Positions 33,732-48,400 are shown, numbered from the stretch's first letter. The stretch is 64,000 nt of DNA from Tubulanus polymorphus (GCF_964204645.1 NC_134033.1:9680655-9744654); one strand, 5' to 3'. Made by a program: numbers and translations. The notes: generated by a model not told the origin, from the sequence alone.

Positions 33732-34140
33732 ACAGCGGCGATTACCCCTTATATTACCATTAGAATACTCCAAGACGACAATTGTTACACTGGTGGCAGC
33801 GAAGTGGGATTTTATTTCGATTGTCGTGTATTTTATGGTCTTTTAATGCGGCTCCACGTTGGGAACCTAGTCTGAGCGAACCACGCTTACCATTATTAGT
33901 AGAAAATACTTGAAAGACTTATAACGGACACTCATAGCAGTTAAAACCGTTAACTTGCCATATTCTTTATTTAATCAGAATTAGTACTGAGAGAAAATTT
34001 GGGGAAAATTATTATTATTTGCATATTATTTTATTATCGCTGGGGAGACTGAAACTGAGACACAGACCGGTATACGAAAAACTTTTGTTCACCTTTTCTT
34101 TTATATTATACTGTATTGAATTAACTGATTTGTATTTATA

Positions 34141-35176
34141 ATGTCGATGCCTGAGGAACATTCCGAACAAGATGCTAGTCATCTCGATGTTAACCAGTTC
34201 CTCATGTCTGTGACACAGTTTGTGGAACATAAGATTAAAAACACAGTCAGAATCGTCCTCTGAGCCAGCCAAATCCAGAGACCACACTAAGGTTAAGGTA
34301 CCTGCACCTAAAACCTACAGTGCTGGTCACAATTTTAAAGTATGGCTCGAGAGATTTGATAGTTACTGTGACCTCATGGGGATAACTGATCCTTCAGTAC
34401 AGAAGGATCATCTCTTAATGTATATGGACCATGAGTCATATCTGGCCATCAAAAATCTTCACTTGTCGGACGAACTGACCTATGATGAGTTCTCGACATC
34501 CATTAAAGACCGTATGTCCCTAACTAAATCGCCCGGCGATTACAAACTCATGCTAAAGGCACGCGAGCAAAAACAGCCCGAAAACCTCGGACGTTTCGCC
34601 GACGCACTTATGGAGCTAGCCCAAAACGCCTATCCAGATGCTGGACATACGCTACAAGACGAGCTGGCTCGTGACCAGTTTTTGACTGGAGTTAATTTGC
34701 CATTAACAGCTAGGGAACAGTTGTACGTTTCTCAGCCGAAAACCCTGTCAGAGGCTGTGTCCCTGGCTAGAGGTTTTGAATCGGCGCAGAGTATAGCTGA
34801 AAAGCAGGATTCGAGGGGGAAACGTGCGATGGTAAATGAAGCCCAGGCAAAGCTCATCGAGACCGAGCTGCTTTCGGAACTGGTTAAACAGGTCCAGAGT
34901 TTAAATCTCCGCATCGAAAATCTCGAGCGTCGAGGTCAGACAAGGCCTTCCAGGAATCCGGAACCTCCCAGATATCCGGCGGCTGACATCTGTTGGCGCT
35001 GTCGGGTGCCAGACCACCCGGCTAATGCATGTCCTACGGTGATATGCCACTCGTGCACTGAGCCCGGACATTATGCTAGGAACTGTCCTAAAAGTCAGGG
35101 AAACGGGCAGATGCGTTCCTCGAGGGGCAGAGGCCCCAAGTCCCGAAATATATCCCTCCACACCGTAGACAATTAG
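34141..35176 (+). pseudogene. gag: Gypsy gag (frameshift near 34240) with two CCHC-type knuckles
   Basis: WLERFDSYC, REQKQPENL..FADAL.ELAQNAYP, RDQFL.G, CWRC..PDHPANAC, CHSCTEPGHYARNC. Confidence 0.9.
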
Positions 35177-35419
35177 ATACCTGTATAAATGTTGTAAATA
35201 CCCCTGTATATAGTACGAATGAAAATGATTATGAATACGACAACCCACAGGGTAGCTGCCCGGACTCAAGTGGTTTACAACTCGGGAAGAGCACACCTCC
35301 TAACGGCCAAAGCTCCCCTTCAGAGTACACCCCGAACTCCGAAGCAGACCTACCCACAAACAGTGACCGAGAGCCCACCCCATTAGTTCGAAGTGTGCAG
35401 AATGTAGATATCCGTGACA

Positions 35420-38400
35420 CTGGCCCCTATTGTTCTGCTATAGTCAATGGTGTAGGAAGAATCTCTGCGCTTCTCGACACCGGCGCTGGTGTGACTATGC
35501 TCAAGACTTCTGTCTGGGTGGCGAGTAACGGGGGTGAAATGGGGTGCCTGATTTTGAGTTAGTTATGGCTACTGGTCAGGACATTAAGGTAAGGGGTTCG
35601 GTCGACGTTCGCCTTAGTTTGGGGGATTGTTGTTTTATGGTCCCAATGGTGATTGCAGATGATTTGTCACAGGATTGTCTCCTTGGTGGTGATTTCTTCC
35701 GCGACAACAACTGCGTGATTGATTACCCAAATAGAGTCATGAGTTGTGGCCTGTCTGACATACCATTGGAACACAGGGATTCCCGACCAACTGCGTGCCG
35801 CCTATTCCTGACCGAGACTCGCATGATCCCAGCCGGACACGAAATTGTAGCTACCGCTTATTTTAGGCAGAGATACACCCACAAAAACAATTCCGTCGGG
35901 ATGGTTTGTGGTAGAGTCCCGGGTCCATTCGGTATTGGTAGAACCCTGGTTAGCCCGAACGATAACAAGGTGACTGTCCGTTTGGCAAACTTTTCGAACG
36001 TGACGTGCCGTGCCAACCGCGGTGAAATTGTAGGGATTTTCTCTCCGTTAAACAGTATCGAAATCCTCACTACTCAGGATAAGAGACCAGATGTCTCTGA
36101 AATCCCTACCAATAGTGAGGATCTACAGCTCGATGCCATTGACATTTCGGACAGTGATCGCGAGGCCTTAAAGAAGGTTGTCGCTGATTACCAGGATGTG
36201 TTTTCCCGCGACGACTTTGACATATGGAGGACCGCGTTAGTCGAATTGGAAATAGATACGAGTGACCATCGCCCCATCAAACAACAACCTCGGCGTTTAC
36301 CACCGGGTCATAGACAGATTGTGGAGGGTCATACTGCCGAATTACACAGTCACGGCCTCATCCGACCATCACAATCTCCCTGGGCCAGCCCCATTGTCTT
36401 GGCCAAGAAGTCCGATGGTAGCCTTAGGCTGTGTTGTGATTATCGGAAGTTAAATGACGCTACGCTAAAGGATAGCCATCCGCTTGGGCGAACTGACTCC
36501 ACACTTGAAGCTCTGTCCGGGTCATCATGGTTCTCCTCTCTTGACCTCACAAGTGGGTATCATCAGGTGCCCATACGGGAGGGAGATAAACCAAAGACAG
36601 CGTTCTGCACGGAGAATCGATTGTGGGAGTGGAACGCCATGGCGTTTGGCCTGACTAATGCCCCTGCCTGTTTTTCACGGCTTATGACTATGGCCCTGGA
36701 TAAGGTCTCGTGGAAAACGGCATTAATATATCTCGATGATGTCATTGTTCACTCAGCTGACGTTGGGTCACACATTGGTAAACTCGCTGAGGTGTTCTCA
36801 TGTTTCCGGTCTGCAAACCTTAAACTGAAACCCAGAAAATGTCACCTACTGCGGAGACGGTTGAAGTTTTTGGGCCATATTGTTAGTGGGAATGGTATGG
36901 AGGCTGACCCGTCAAAAGTTGAGAAAATTATGAACTGGCCTGTTCCAACAACAGTTTCAGAGGTCCGCAGTTTCACAGGGTTAGTGACCTATTATTCAAA
37001 TTTTATTGAGGGGTATTCCCAAATGTGTCGTCCCCTACACCAGCTTACTAAAAAGGGCCATGTCTTTGTATGGGGGATAGAGCAACAGCGCGCATTTGAC
37101 GCCATAAAAAGGGCACTTACTAGCCCTCCTGTTTTGGCCTTCCCTGATTTCGAGACAGGTGCAGGCAAATCTATTATCGACTGTGACGCTAGTGACTGGG
37201 TAATTGGTGCTGTACTTTCACAGGTGCAGGCAGACTCGTCTGAACGGGTAATCGCATATGCGGGTCGCGCACTACGGGGTGGTGAAGAGAATTACTGTGC
37301 CACCAGGCGAGAGATGCTTGCCCTAGTCGATATGATCGAGCACTTCCTGCATTACCTGTTGGGCCTGAAATTCTTGGTGCGCACTGACCATGCAGCACTT
37401 AAATGGCTCCGGTCTTCAAACATTCAGTCTGGACAAGTTGCCCGCTGGAACGAACGATTGGCCGACTATGACTTTGATATTGAGCACCGGCCCGGGCGTA
37501 TCCACCTAAATGCGGACGCGTTGTCCGCATCCCTAAACGACTGAAGCGTCATGGAGACTGCCCAAGCTGTGGTCAGACCGGCGCCCCAAAATGTCAGGTT
37601 TCGGCGGTAGGTATGGGAAGTGATCATGCAGGCTTGTCGCCAGTGGACATAGCGCGGTTACAGGACGAGGACGCCGACATATCTGTAGTCAAGGACCTGG
37701 TCCATCGACAACAGATTAAACCTAGTGCCGATGTGATGCGCCAATTTAGTACCAAAACCAGAATGTTTCTTGGTGAATATGAGCGCCTAGTGATTGACAA
37801 GGACGTTTTATTTTTGAGACCCTCCCCTGGATCCAGACTTTCGAAATCGCGTGTTGTTCTGCCTTACGTGTTACTGCCTAAGGTTTTGTCACACCTTCAC
37901 GACGGTATCTCCGGCAGGCACTTAGGGCGCACTAAGACAGAGCGGAAGATGCGCGAACGATTCTGGTGTCCAGGTCTGACAAGAGCTGTCCATGAGTATA
38001 TTCAACAGTGCCAGAAATGTCAAATATGCAAAAATCCGCCCAAGCGACCGAAGGCACCTTTGGTGTCAACACCAGTGGGCCGTAGAGGCCAGAGGTTGCA
38101 CATTGACATAGTGGGCCCCTACAGCGTACTAAACGCGGCAACACTTACATTATTGTTGTCCAGGACGCTTTCACTAAGTGGGTTGAGGCATGGCCAGTAC
38201 GGAATGAGAAGGCCCCCACTATGGCTCGGAAAGTCGTCGATGAATGGGTCATGAGATATGGCTGCCCAGAAAGCATTCACTCAGACCGGGGTGCCAACTT
38301 CGAGTCCAAGGTTTTTACAGAAATGTGTCGACTGTTGGGTATCGATAAGACGCGTACCACCTCGTATCACCCGATGGGGAATGGTCAGGTGGAAAACTTT

Positions 38401-39428
38401 AATAAATCCATCAAGGCCATGCTGACCATATCCGTGAATGAAACTGGCACTGACCGGGACACGAAACTGTCATCATGCCTAATGGCATTTCGTTCTAGTG
38501 TTCAGGAATCCACCGGCGAAACCCCATTCTACCTGACTTTCGGTTCAGAGATGGTCTTGCCTCTAGATATCATGGTTGGACCACCAGAAGAGCAAGTGTA
38601 CATCACTAAGTTTAGCCGTGATGTACACTCAAACTTACAGGAGGCGCACCACAGAGTCAGGGAGAGACTGGGTAAGGCTCAGCGGCGTCAGACTGTCAAT
38701 TACGACAGATTTGCTAGGCGGGGTGGGTATAACGTTGGGGATCGGGTATGGCTCTATAGTCATGCCATAAAGCCAGGGGAGGCGGCAAAATTCCATAAGA
38801 AGTGGAATTATTATCCCTTCATTATTATTGAGAAACTGTCGGAGGTGACGTATCGGGTCAGACAGGAGGGGGTGCCCCAAAGCAAAAGACTGTCCACTTC
38901 AATGATATGAAGCCAGCGTTTGGCCAGCCGCATATAAACGTCAAGAAGGCTGTCCCTGCCAGAACTAGATAGAGGACAGTTGAACCCCAATCTGCCCCTG
39001 AGATTGAACCTGCCCCTGAGATTGAAAATTCGAGCTCTTCAGGGAGCGATGACGAGGAAATTGTCTGGAGGCGCCAAAACGAGTGGATTGTGGCAGTACC
39101 ACCCAATGACGCCACACCAATCGAGGCGGAGGCAGAAGCCGGCCCGGAAGTCGATCCCCCAGCGGGTCAGCCAGTGGAAAATGCCCAGCTGCATCCACCG
39201 GCCGACAACGGAGATCAATCCGGTCGTCTGCGCCCGAGGAGAGCATTGAAAGAGCCAGCCCGATTCAGGGACTTTGTTCGTCATTGCCCCATACCGGCAA
39301 CCAGTACAGCAGTTAATGGCGACTGTACCACCTGCTGTCAGCGATGGTACAGAATCCGGGAGAAGAAAGATCTGTGGCTGAAGAAAGCGCGAAAATTGCT
39401 GCGAGACAGAGAACACCTCACCGGTTAA
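35420..39428 (+). pseudogene. pol: Gypsy pol (protease, RT, RNase H, integrase) with several frameshifts
   Basis: LLDTGA, LLGGDF; SPWASP, CDYRKLN, LDLTSGYHQ, YLDD; DAS..IGAVLSQ, TDHAAL; H..HLG..C..C; HSDRGANFES, YHPMGNGQVE; terminal RPRR....PARFRDFV. Confidence 0.93.
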
Positions 39429-39490
39429 ACTCTCTGCCCTCCGGCCAACTTAACGTTTTTCTCTCTTTCCTTCTGTTTTTAGCTGCCAAA

Positions 39491-40311
39491 ATGTCTGATG
39501 TGCTTCAGTTGGATACGTTGAACGAAGAAACACGAGACCTGAAGAAGGCCGCTGTGCAGGATGTGCGAAAATATGTGCAAAGCTACACGAAAAGGGCTGA
39601 GCCCGAATGGACTCCGGAGCGCCATCTGTACCAACCGGGTGACATGGTCGCTGGTTCAGTAGTTGCTGGCGTCAAGGCTTTCCTGGCGTCAGCCAAGCGG
39701 TCACGGCCATCCATGTCGATGGAGAGGTTTAATCGGCTGGGGACAGAACTCAGCTGTTTGATATCCCGGCATGGGGGTACGAGTAAACTTCTCGTGGATA
39801 GCTGGAGAAGCTTAATCGACAGCTCCGAGTCGGAGATCTACGGCGTCCCATTCTCCTGCTGAGCGACTCCATGTTTAAAGGAGTCAAGTGCAGCGATGAC
39901 ATGTATGTCATCGCTCACTCAGGAGAACGGATCGAGGAGGTCAGTCGGACCATACGACTGATAAGCGTCTGCTGTTCAGCTGTTGTCGTTAACCACGGGG
40001 TGAATAACGTGCGGGAATTCGGTGATACGGTCAAGGAGATATATAGCCTGGCCAACCTTATACAGCGAAAATATCCCCTTGTCCCTATTTTCCACCTTCG
40101 TGTCCCAAAAGCCCCGTGTATGAGAGGCAAGCGTGAGACGGTCATCCCGATTGACCGCATCAATGTACATTTCGAGAAGGCCGGGTTCCGTACCATCGAA
40201 CATCCGGACCTTCCAGACCACGACTACAGAGGGATCCATTATCGACCGAAGGCAGTCAATGAAGTAGCCCGTCATATTATTGCCTCCGTCAAGAGTCATT
40301 TAGAGTCCTAA
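39491..40311 (+). pseudogene. Extra ORF3 in env position: SGNH/GDSL-type esterase domain, one frameshift near 39795
   Basis: Polypyrimidine acceptor TTTTTAG at 39482, then ATG at 39491. Reading the 39871 frame upstream gives PILLLSDSMF (block I), then HSGERI (II), HGVNN (III), DYRGIH (V). Confidence 0.75.
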
Positions 40312-41974
40312 ATTTGTAGGTGGGACACCTTACTATGGTCAATACCCACCCTACAAAACATGGCCTTTTGACTCGAGCATCCCTGCCTCAGTCCTGGTTC
40401 TGTGTGTTAGAACTTTTTCTTCTGGCCTCTTGTCTTTTACTTTTTCAGCGCTACTTCGGAGAATCGTTGTATATAAACCATCACTTGTATATAGACTGTC
40501 ATGTGTATATAGACCGCAAGTTCCGTCACGTGAGTAGGTATGGGGATGGCGGGGCCAACACCAGATATCGGTAAATGGCCAGCCATCTACCCCCAGCGGT
40601 GAACCCTAGTCTACCTCGTACTTCAGGAATGGATTTAGCGGAAATGTAAATATGTAAATAATCTGACTCTTGTGTACCATGCGAACCATGGGTGTTATCG
40701 ATCGTCATCGTTTCGCGATGGGAACTCGGCATACCGGTATTGGACTGTTATTGCGTCGTGAAAGTTAATTTTGGTACTGAACCGTAGTTCAGTACTCATT
40801 GTTAGGGGGGAGTGGTGTAACGGTGTAACTCCCGCCTGTAATTGTATTGTAAAATAGTGTATTTGTATTGGTATTAATAAATGTTAACGATAGGTGGCAT
40901 ACCTATCGCTCTCTTGAAAAGAATCCTACAGCGGCGATTACATCTTATATTACCATTAGAATACTCCAAGACGACAATTGTTACATAAGTAGGGGCCTAC
41001 TGCATGTGATTGGCGTCAATCCATCCCATTCCACGGTGAATTAAAAAGAAATTTAGTTCCCTTTGTCCAAAAGCTGCATCATTAATATAACTAGCTGTCA
41101 AATTTAATTTACCTCCTTCAGAGAATACCATAGTCCGTCGCCCATCAACGTGTTGACAAAAGAAAAATTGCTTATAATCCTGTTTTATACATGAACGATA
41201 CGTCTTGCAGAAGTAAACCATATTCTTGGAATATGAGCATAGTGTTTAAGTTGGCTTGCACGGTTTGTGAATGGGTTTTCCTCATTATGCTGCCTGTATG
41301 CATTAAAAATCCGGATTTCAAGCGAATTAATTTGTCCAACAAGTGGCCCTCTAGAAGTATACTCCACACATACTGCCCATGCATGTCTCTGTAACCGAAG
41401 GTGGAGACTAAAACACGGTTCAGGACTCGGCAGCGGACACCGGCCCGGAAAATATTTCAAAACGTGTATTGTCGGTACCTAGCACGATTTCAGCGTTTTT
41501 CGGGAATTCCCTGAAATTTTGGCGTTTTTCGGAAATTCCCTGAAATTTCAGCGTTTTTATTTCAGCGTTTCAGTGTTTCAGCTTTTTCAGCGAAGTTCAG
41601 GAACCGAAAAAAAATAGTTTCTAATCCACCAGACCGAAGTCCAAAGCATTAAACATTCTTGCCTCGGAATTACAAATACATTATACGGTTTTATTTTACA
41701 TTTGGAATCTTAGACACACTGCTCTCGAAGAAGAACTGGGGAGGACTCTGCAGCTGGAAAAATAAAAAGAACAAAACGAAGTGAAACGAATTTCCGCTAC
41801 AATACTGTCAAAATTAAACTTGATATTTAACTTCACACATGTCAACTAGACGTCAAGTTATGAGACAAGCAAGCTATCGATAATTGCTGTTGAAGATATC
41901 TAGATCTGAGTTCTTTATTGTGTGAATAATTTTGTCACATTTTCTATGAGCTTTAAACCTCCATGATCTGAAAT

Positions 41975-42120
41975 ACTTTTCCTGTTTAAGCCGCCTTGGG
42001 ACTTAAGTCCCGAATCCAGTTGGAATTTTCTTGATTGTTGAGAATTTCAAACCCTTCCCCGCGGTTTGAACCCATGACCTTGCATTTCACGATCCCGAAC
42101 GCTATAACTACTGCGATGCT
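41975..42120 (-). mobile_element. tRNA-derived SINE-like fragment
   Basis: Minus strand ...GCAGTAGTTATAGCG...GGTCATGGGTTCAAACCGCGGGG: B-box and tRNA-like spacing, no clean cloverleaf. Confidence 0.4.
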
Positions 42121-42488
42121 ACTCATTAATTTATCATTTCATTTTTTGCAGCTTAAAAACGATTCGATTTCAAATTGTATTTGACTCACTCTTGAAACTG
42201 CTGTATTATCAAAAAAACATTCACAATATCACTTTTCTCAGCTGGTGTGAATGGCGAGAATCAATACATCATCACAGTTGACAAACTCATACTGTTCAAT
42301 GTCAATTCACAGATGGATGCACTGAAATTACTGCTTTGTTCTTACTTAAGCTTCAACATGAAATAACCAAGTGCAGTAGGCAATACAATGGAATTTTTCC
42401 AGTGCTGTGTTACAACCCTGCCGGGAGAATTCTACCTAAAGTGGCGAAACTAGCAGATGGTTTGGCCAAGTATCACTTAAGTCAGCTA

Positions 42489-43679
42489 TAAATAATAATA
42501 ATAATCGTCTCTTTTATAGAGCGCTATTCCAGGGACGAGGTTCACTGCGCTGTCTCTCCGTATGCCCTCACAAATAAAAAGGACTTCAGGGAAGGTTTGA
42601 ACAGATCGATATTGTCTATAAGTTTGATTTTGTGTGGTAACAGATTCCACAATTTAGCACCATACACTGTGCAGCTCCTATCACCAAGACATGATTTTGT
42701 CCTCCTTAAATCAACGACTAAACCAGATGACGATGTGGTGGTTCTCGCGGACTGTTTCAAAACAATGAGGTAGGTCTTTAAGGTATTTAGGAGCCGCACC
42801 ATGGATACACTTAAATACTTGAAGTGCAATCTTATAGTCAATCCTTTCTCTGACTGGCAACCAGTGAAGCTCACGTTATGTTGGTGTGATGTGTTGAAAC
42901 TTCTTAACCTTGCACACAACTCGTGCAGCTGAGTTTTGCACACGTTGGAGTGGAGCAAACGTGTTGCTGGGAAGATCAGCTAAGATTCCATAATTACAGT
43001 CGATTCGCGAAGTTACAAATGCATGTATCAACCGCTCGGTACTCGACCAGTCCAGGTATTTTATAAGGCGGCCGATACGGTACAGATTTGCCAACGCCGA
43101 TTTGCAAACAGACTTTACATGCATGTCCATTTTCACATATTTATCAATAATGACACCGAGATCTTTTACACAGTCTGACGTTGGTATCCAAACACCATCA
43201 ACACAGATACCAGTCACGGAACCGATTCTACGCGACGATACTAGATTAACGACATCAGTCTTCGGAGCATTTAGGGATAGTTTATTTTCGAACAACCAAC
43301 TCTTAATCTCACCGACGCAGTGTTCTACAGTCGAAACCATTTCCATGGTGTCTTTCCTATCTCCGCACTTTGCAGCAGACTCAAGTTGATCTGCATACAA
43401 TTGGTACTGGACATCATTTTTACGCATCACATCACCTAATGGGATGGTATAAATGGTAAAAAGTATAGGTCCGAGCACGGACCCCTGTGGAACTCCACAC
43501 TCTTCAGGTGTAGGACGTGAACATTCACTAGCAACCATAACAGACTGCTTCCTCTCAGACAGGTAAGAGGCAAACCACCGTAGTACAGAGTCCTTCATGC
43601 CGCAGGATCTCCCGAGCCGATTTAACAATATTCTGGGATCGACCGTATCAAAAGCAGCAGACAAGTCCAAGAACACCAA
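42489..43679 (-). mobile_element. L2/CR1-group LINE, 5'-truncated RT and 3' end
   Basis: VFLDLSAAFDTVD, GVPQGSVLGP.LF, YAD(D), LQRVQNSAAR, GDRS....GAKLWNLLP; (ATT)n tail at 42490-42505. Confidence 0.9.
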
Positions 43680-45499
43680 TAGGAACTCTAAATGCTAACA
43701 TCCAAGTATTATTTGAATTCATAAAGAGAATCTTGTGTATTAGCAATCAAGGTCATTTGTTTTTGTATAATGTTTCAGAAAATATTGCTTTTTTTAATAT
43801 GTTTGAATTCGGTGAAAATTTTTTTCTGTGTTGTTGACATAGAAATGCTAAACAAGTGGGCAATTCCTCTCATGTACCATACAAATATGTGCACCTGCTT
43901 CCTGACCTGGGATCCAGACTGTTGCATGTTCTTTGTCCAGACATACTTTCAATTTTTTTTGTGTCTAACATTGAAAATAGCACATTAAATGACTCATAGG
44001 CAATACACTACAGTTCACTTTTAGCAATAAAGCTTTCACTGCGTAAACATTTGTACAGAAAATCAGATTAAAAACAGATATAAAATAATCGTTATCCTTC
44101 TTTAAGTTTAATACTAGTTTATCATCTTTACGGGGTTTCGCTGTTCATCGAAAATTGAAAAAATTAATATTACGAAAATGGGACTCGAACCTAAATAACT
44201 TTTTTACTATTTATTACCATTTACCCTTAACTACACCAACATGCATAAAAGTTTTTATAAGTGTATATTGTAAAGTGGCACTTTTTCTATGTATTATGTA
44301 TTTTATAAATGTATTTTGAAGTGCTAATTTATAATTTTCTGACCACGTATATTGTATTTTACAAATGTATATTGTAAGATCGTCAAATATTGACAAATGT
44401 TATATAGAAAACATTGCCCTGAATATCACGCCATATGGTCACAATATTGGGATACTTTGGGATACATTCTTTTCGAATGGTTCCAACGACATTCATCTCT
44501 GATTTTACATGTGTAATTGGTGTTGTTAAAGGTCAAATGCCCTCTTGTCCTTTTTGAGATTTACTTTCCAAATGATACTTAAGTATATAAATGACGACCT
44601 GTGATCAGCCTTATAGAAAAAAAATCACTTATTTGTTTTAAATCATTAAAATTAAGTGACTGGATCATTGACCTATATAGGGTATGCATATAGCGTATAT
44701 AGCATTGACCTATATAGCGTATGCATCTCGGCTGCAGCCGCGTGTCAGCGCCACAATCATGCGTCATCTTTGCCAAACAAACATACACGTGTGTAAACTC
44801 AGTACTCATAGCCTATATATAAAATCTATGAAACAACATAATTCCTTCACTATATTCACAGCTCTACTGCTGGCTATCCATTGTATGTTGTGTTACGTAT
44901 AACAGTATCAATGCTACACATCAGAAAGAATTTAGGAATCTTAAAAAAAATCTAAAAGGATTAAAAACACTACCAATGGTAATCAAATGAAAATTGCCGA
45001 CTTTAAAGCCTTATTTCTCAGTAATGGCTTTGCTAAAATCAAAATTAGTAACACACTTATCATTTATACACATATCACATTTAGAAAATACGTTTTACAC
45101 AATATTCTATTTAGAGGGCACTTGACCTTCAAACTTGTGTCTTGCAAAGGTAGTTCATGTAACTGTCTATACCGGGAATTGAAACAAATCTTGTCTGATA
45201 TAGACTTGTAGAAAAGTTTCAGTATTGCATAAATAAGTCATTTAGCGAGATGTTGTATACATATTTACCTGATAATTAGCTCGTTAACAGTGATGACAGA
45301 CCTGCGGACACCAAATGCCAAGATTATACCCTAACCATACCCTGATTAGCCTTACTAGAATAAATTGCTGGAGCAACAGGATCATAACACATATATACTA
45401 CTAACTATCCACGCAAAACAATTGCATTACAGCTAATTATACAAAATATCAATTTTATTGTTAAGTTACAACAAAAGCAGTTGGAATTAAATGAGTAAA

Positions 45500-48400
45500 T
45501 CAGTGAGATGTCAGATCATCCAATTTCGTTCTTATATCTGAGATATCACTGGGATTGATGCGGCAACAGCCTCCAATCCATCGAGCTCCAAGATTGTACC
45601 ATTTTTCCAGGTACGATGTCAGCGGCACCATTTTTTCTTTACCGTACCACCTGTAGTGAAAGATTTAGTCAAGTTATTCCGGCTAGATCTAGATAATTCA
45701 TATCACCAATCTGACAGTCTTGAATCTAGTTGATTTCGGTATATGTTCGCGAGTGGGTGTTGAAGAGTGGAACTACGTAGTATTTCAGTGCAGCATTCTC
45801 TGAAAAGTGGACTAGTGTTGCTATGAATATTTCTGGAATGTTTTGGTGCTAATTTCTGGAGATATATCATATTAGTTTTGTAAATCAGAGTTTGGATATA
45901 TTTTACAATCATTTTACTCGGGACTGTATTCACTGGAAGTCAACCAAGGACATCTAATGGAAGTGGAGTAAAAGTAACCTCGTGAACTTAATAATTGGAA
46001 TAATTTTCCATACAGTGCTGCCATCCTTTTGGCGTTCTGGTTTTGTGCGGCAACTATTCATTGTTTAGTCGTCCTTACCGACAACACCTGTGTGTCATAT
46101 GATAAACTGATTTATTGTTTACTGTTGCTACAGGTAAGATATTGTTGTAAAGGGGTAATTCCATAACATAATAAGTATCTTCCATAATGCAACTTGAAAA
46201 GTCTGGGCGTAATCAGATTAAGGTATTTCATGTGGTGTCAGTTGTAGGTAAGTGAGGTGAAGGTCCTGCAAAAGTTTCATTTCAAGCAATATGAAATATG
46301 TACCGGTATAGCCCCAATATTATACTGAGTTGCGTTTTTCAATGCAACATTAAATTTTTGGGATTTTGGCGACTAGTTTGATACAATTGAATTCATACTG
46401 CAGAGTACGTACCATCTAGAACCACGCACACACACATCGTCAGATTAAGTCCGTTCCAAAATTTGGGACCGATTCTTTGTGTGTGTGAACGCTTGATCTG
46501 GTGAGAGTGGGACCAGACCAAATTAAGACTGGTCGTGTGAACACACCTTATCATTCTCATTCTACATCTGTATGTAGATTATACGTATGATAAAAAATGA
46601 CGCTGTCAAAATGTTTAACATGTAGATAAATATATGTACTGGACACTATATCAGCAATTGTTAGGTTCTTTCATCGTCAAATTTGGACTATAGTTTTTTG
46701 TTTATGAACTTACAAACTATCTGTGATAATCTTCGGAATAACTATTCTGAATTCTTCTTACCTCGCCGTTTTAGGATTGCCCTCGCTGAACTAAAAAAAA
46801 TTGGACTCTGTTCGTATTTCTAAAGCCGATAAAGGTGGTAAAATTGTTCTGTTAGATATCTGCGACTACAATCAAAAAATGTTCTCCCTTCTTGGTGATT
46901 CCAATGTATACAAACCATTAAAATCCAATCCTCTTTCTCGGATGCAAGCTTCATTCAACAAGAATCTTTCTGATATTATTAAACATTTCCCGGATTCTAA
47001 AGACATTCTTTTGAAATTCCAATCTCGCCTTCCGTCTCTCCCACATATATACGGGCTGCCTAATATCCACAAACAAGATGTTCCCCTGCGCCCTATCGTA
47101 TCGAACTGCAACTCTCCCTCTTATCGCTTATCCAAATTTCTGGCTTAACAATTTACCCCGGTTCTTGGTTCTTTTCCCCCTCGCACTTACGGCACAACCA
47201 AGATTTACTTGAACGTTTAAGAAACATTATTCCTGGTAACAATAAATTCATCTCGTTCGACGCTAGCTCTCTGTTTACCAATGTCCCTCTCGCGCCTACC
47301 TTGGATTTTCTCAAACGTGAACTACCCTCGTTAGACTTCAATTTTGTTATTCCTACTGATTGTATCATTGGATTAATTGAAATTTGCGCTCAGAACTCCT
47401 TTTTCAGTTTTAATAATTCATATTTTGAACAGTTCCATGGGGAATCCCCTTAGCCCAATTTTAGCAAATTTATTTCTCGAACATGTTGAAACTGAACTAT
47501 TACATCTCTACACTAGCACTCCCCCTAACCTTTGGTTACGATATGATGATGACGTTCTTGCGCTTATTCCTTGCGATTTTGATATTGATTTATTTCTCTC
47601 ATTCATTGACTCTTTTTACCCCTCGTTGAACTTCACATTTGAATTGGAAGTTGATGGAAAAATCCCATTTTTAGATGTGTGCATTCATAATTATTTGTCG
47701 TGTTTGAAATTCTCAGTTTATAGGAAACCCACTCATTCTGGATCCTACTTGCATTATTTTCCTTTACCACTCATAGCATAAAACTCGGTGTTGCTCAGGG
47801 ATTATTTCTTCGTGCTTTTAGGATTTGCGACCCCCTTTGTCTCGATAATGAACTCACCCAGATCAGGAATTCCCTTAATAAGTTAGCTTATCCTAACGAC
47901 CTTTTGAATAAAGCTCTTTTTCGAGCCCATCGTACCCATTTTTGTAATCCTCGAGTTTTGCGCCCTCAGAAACAGCCCATCGTCGTACCTTTTGTTCCTC
48001 TTTTGGAAAAATCCAAAACCCCCTCCATCTGCTTAACCAACAGCTCATTTTCACTTACTATAATAAACTTAGTCATAACTTAACTCACATTTCCTGCAAA
48101 ACGGAACCTTTGAACATTGGTGTATACAACTTACCTTAGTCATAACTTAACTCACAATTCCTGCAAAACGGAACCTTTGAACATTGGTGTATACAACTTA
48201 CCTTGTAAAGTATGTTATCAAATATATATTGGTGAAACTGGGCGTGATTTGAACAAGCACCTCAGAGAACATAAAAATGACGTCAAAAATTTAAAACCTG
48301 GAGTAGCTAATCACGTTTATGAAACTAGTCACAATTTTGATTTTGATAATGCCGCTATAATCTTTCCCTGTCCCGATAAAACCAAACGTCACATTATGGA

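Larger units (their letters stand above)
27586..40985 (+). mobile_element. Gypsy/Ty3 LTR retrotransposon, full-length but frameshifted
   Basis: 3' LTR 40816-40985 (TG..CA, 170 bp); 5' LTR split into 27586-27697 and 33732-33789 (3 mismatches in total). TSD TAAG; PBS TGGTGGCAGCG at 33791; PPT 40804-40815. Domain order PR-RT-RH-IN. Confidence 0.95.
25330..41606. mobile_element. Non-autonomous long-TIR DNA transposon (MULE-like) containing nested insertions
   Basis: ~225-bp TIRs (25330-25555 and 41381-41606) starting CGGTTCCTGAAC, with CGCTGAAA sub-repeats. 9-bp TSD AATAAAAAT / AAAAAAAAT (8/9). No transposase inside. Confidence 0.88.
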
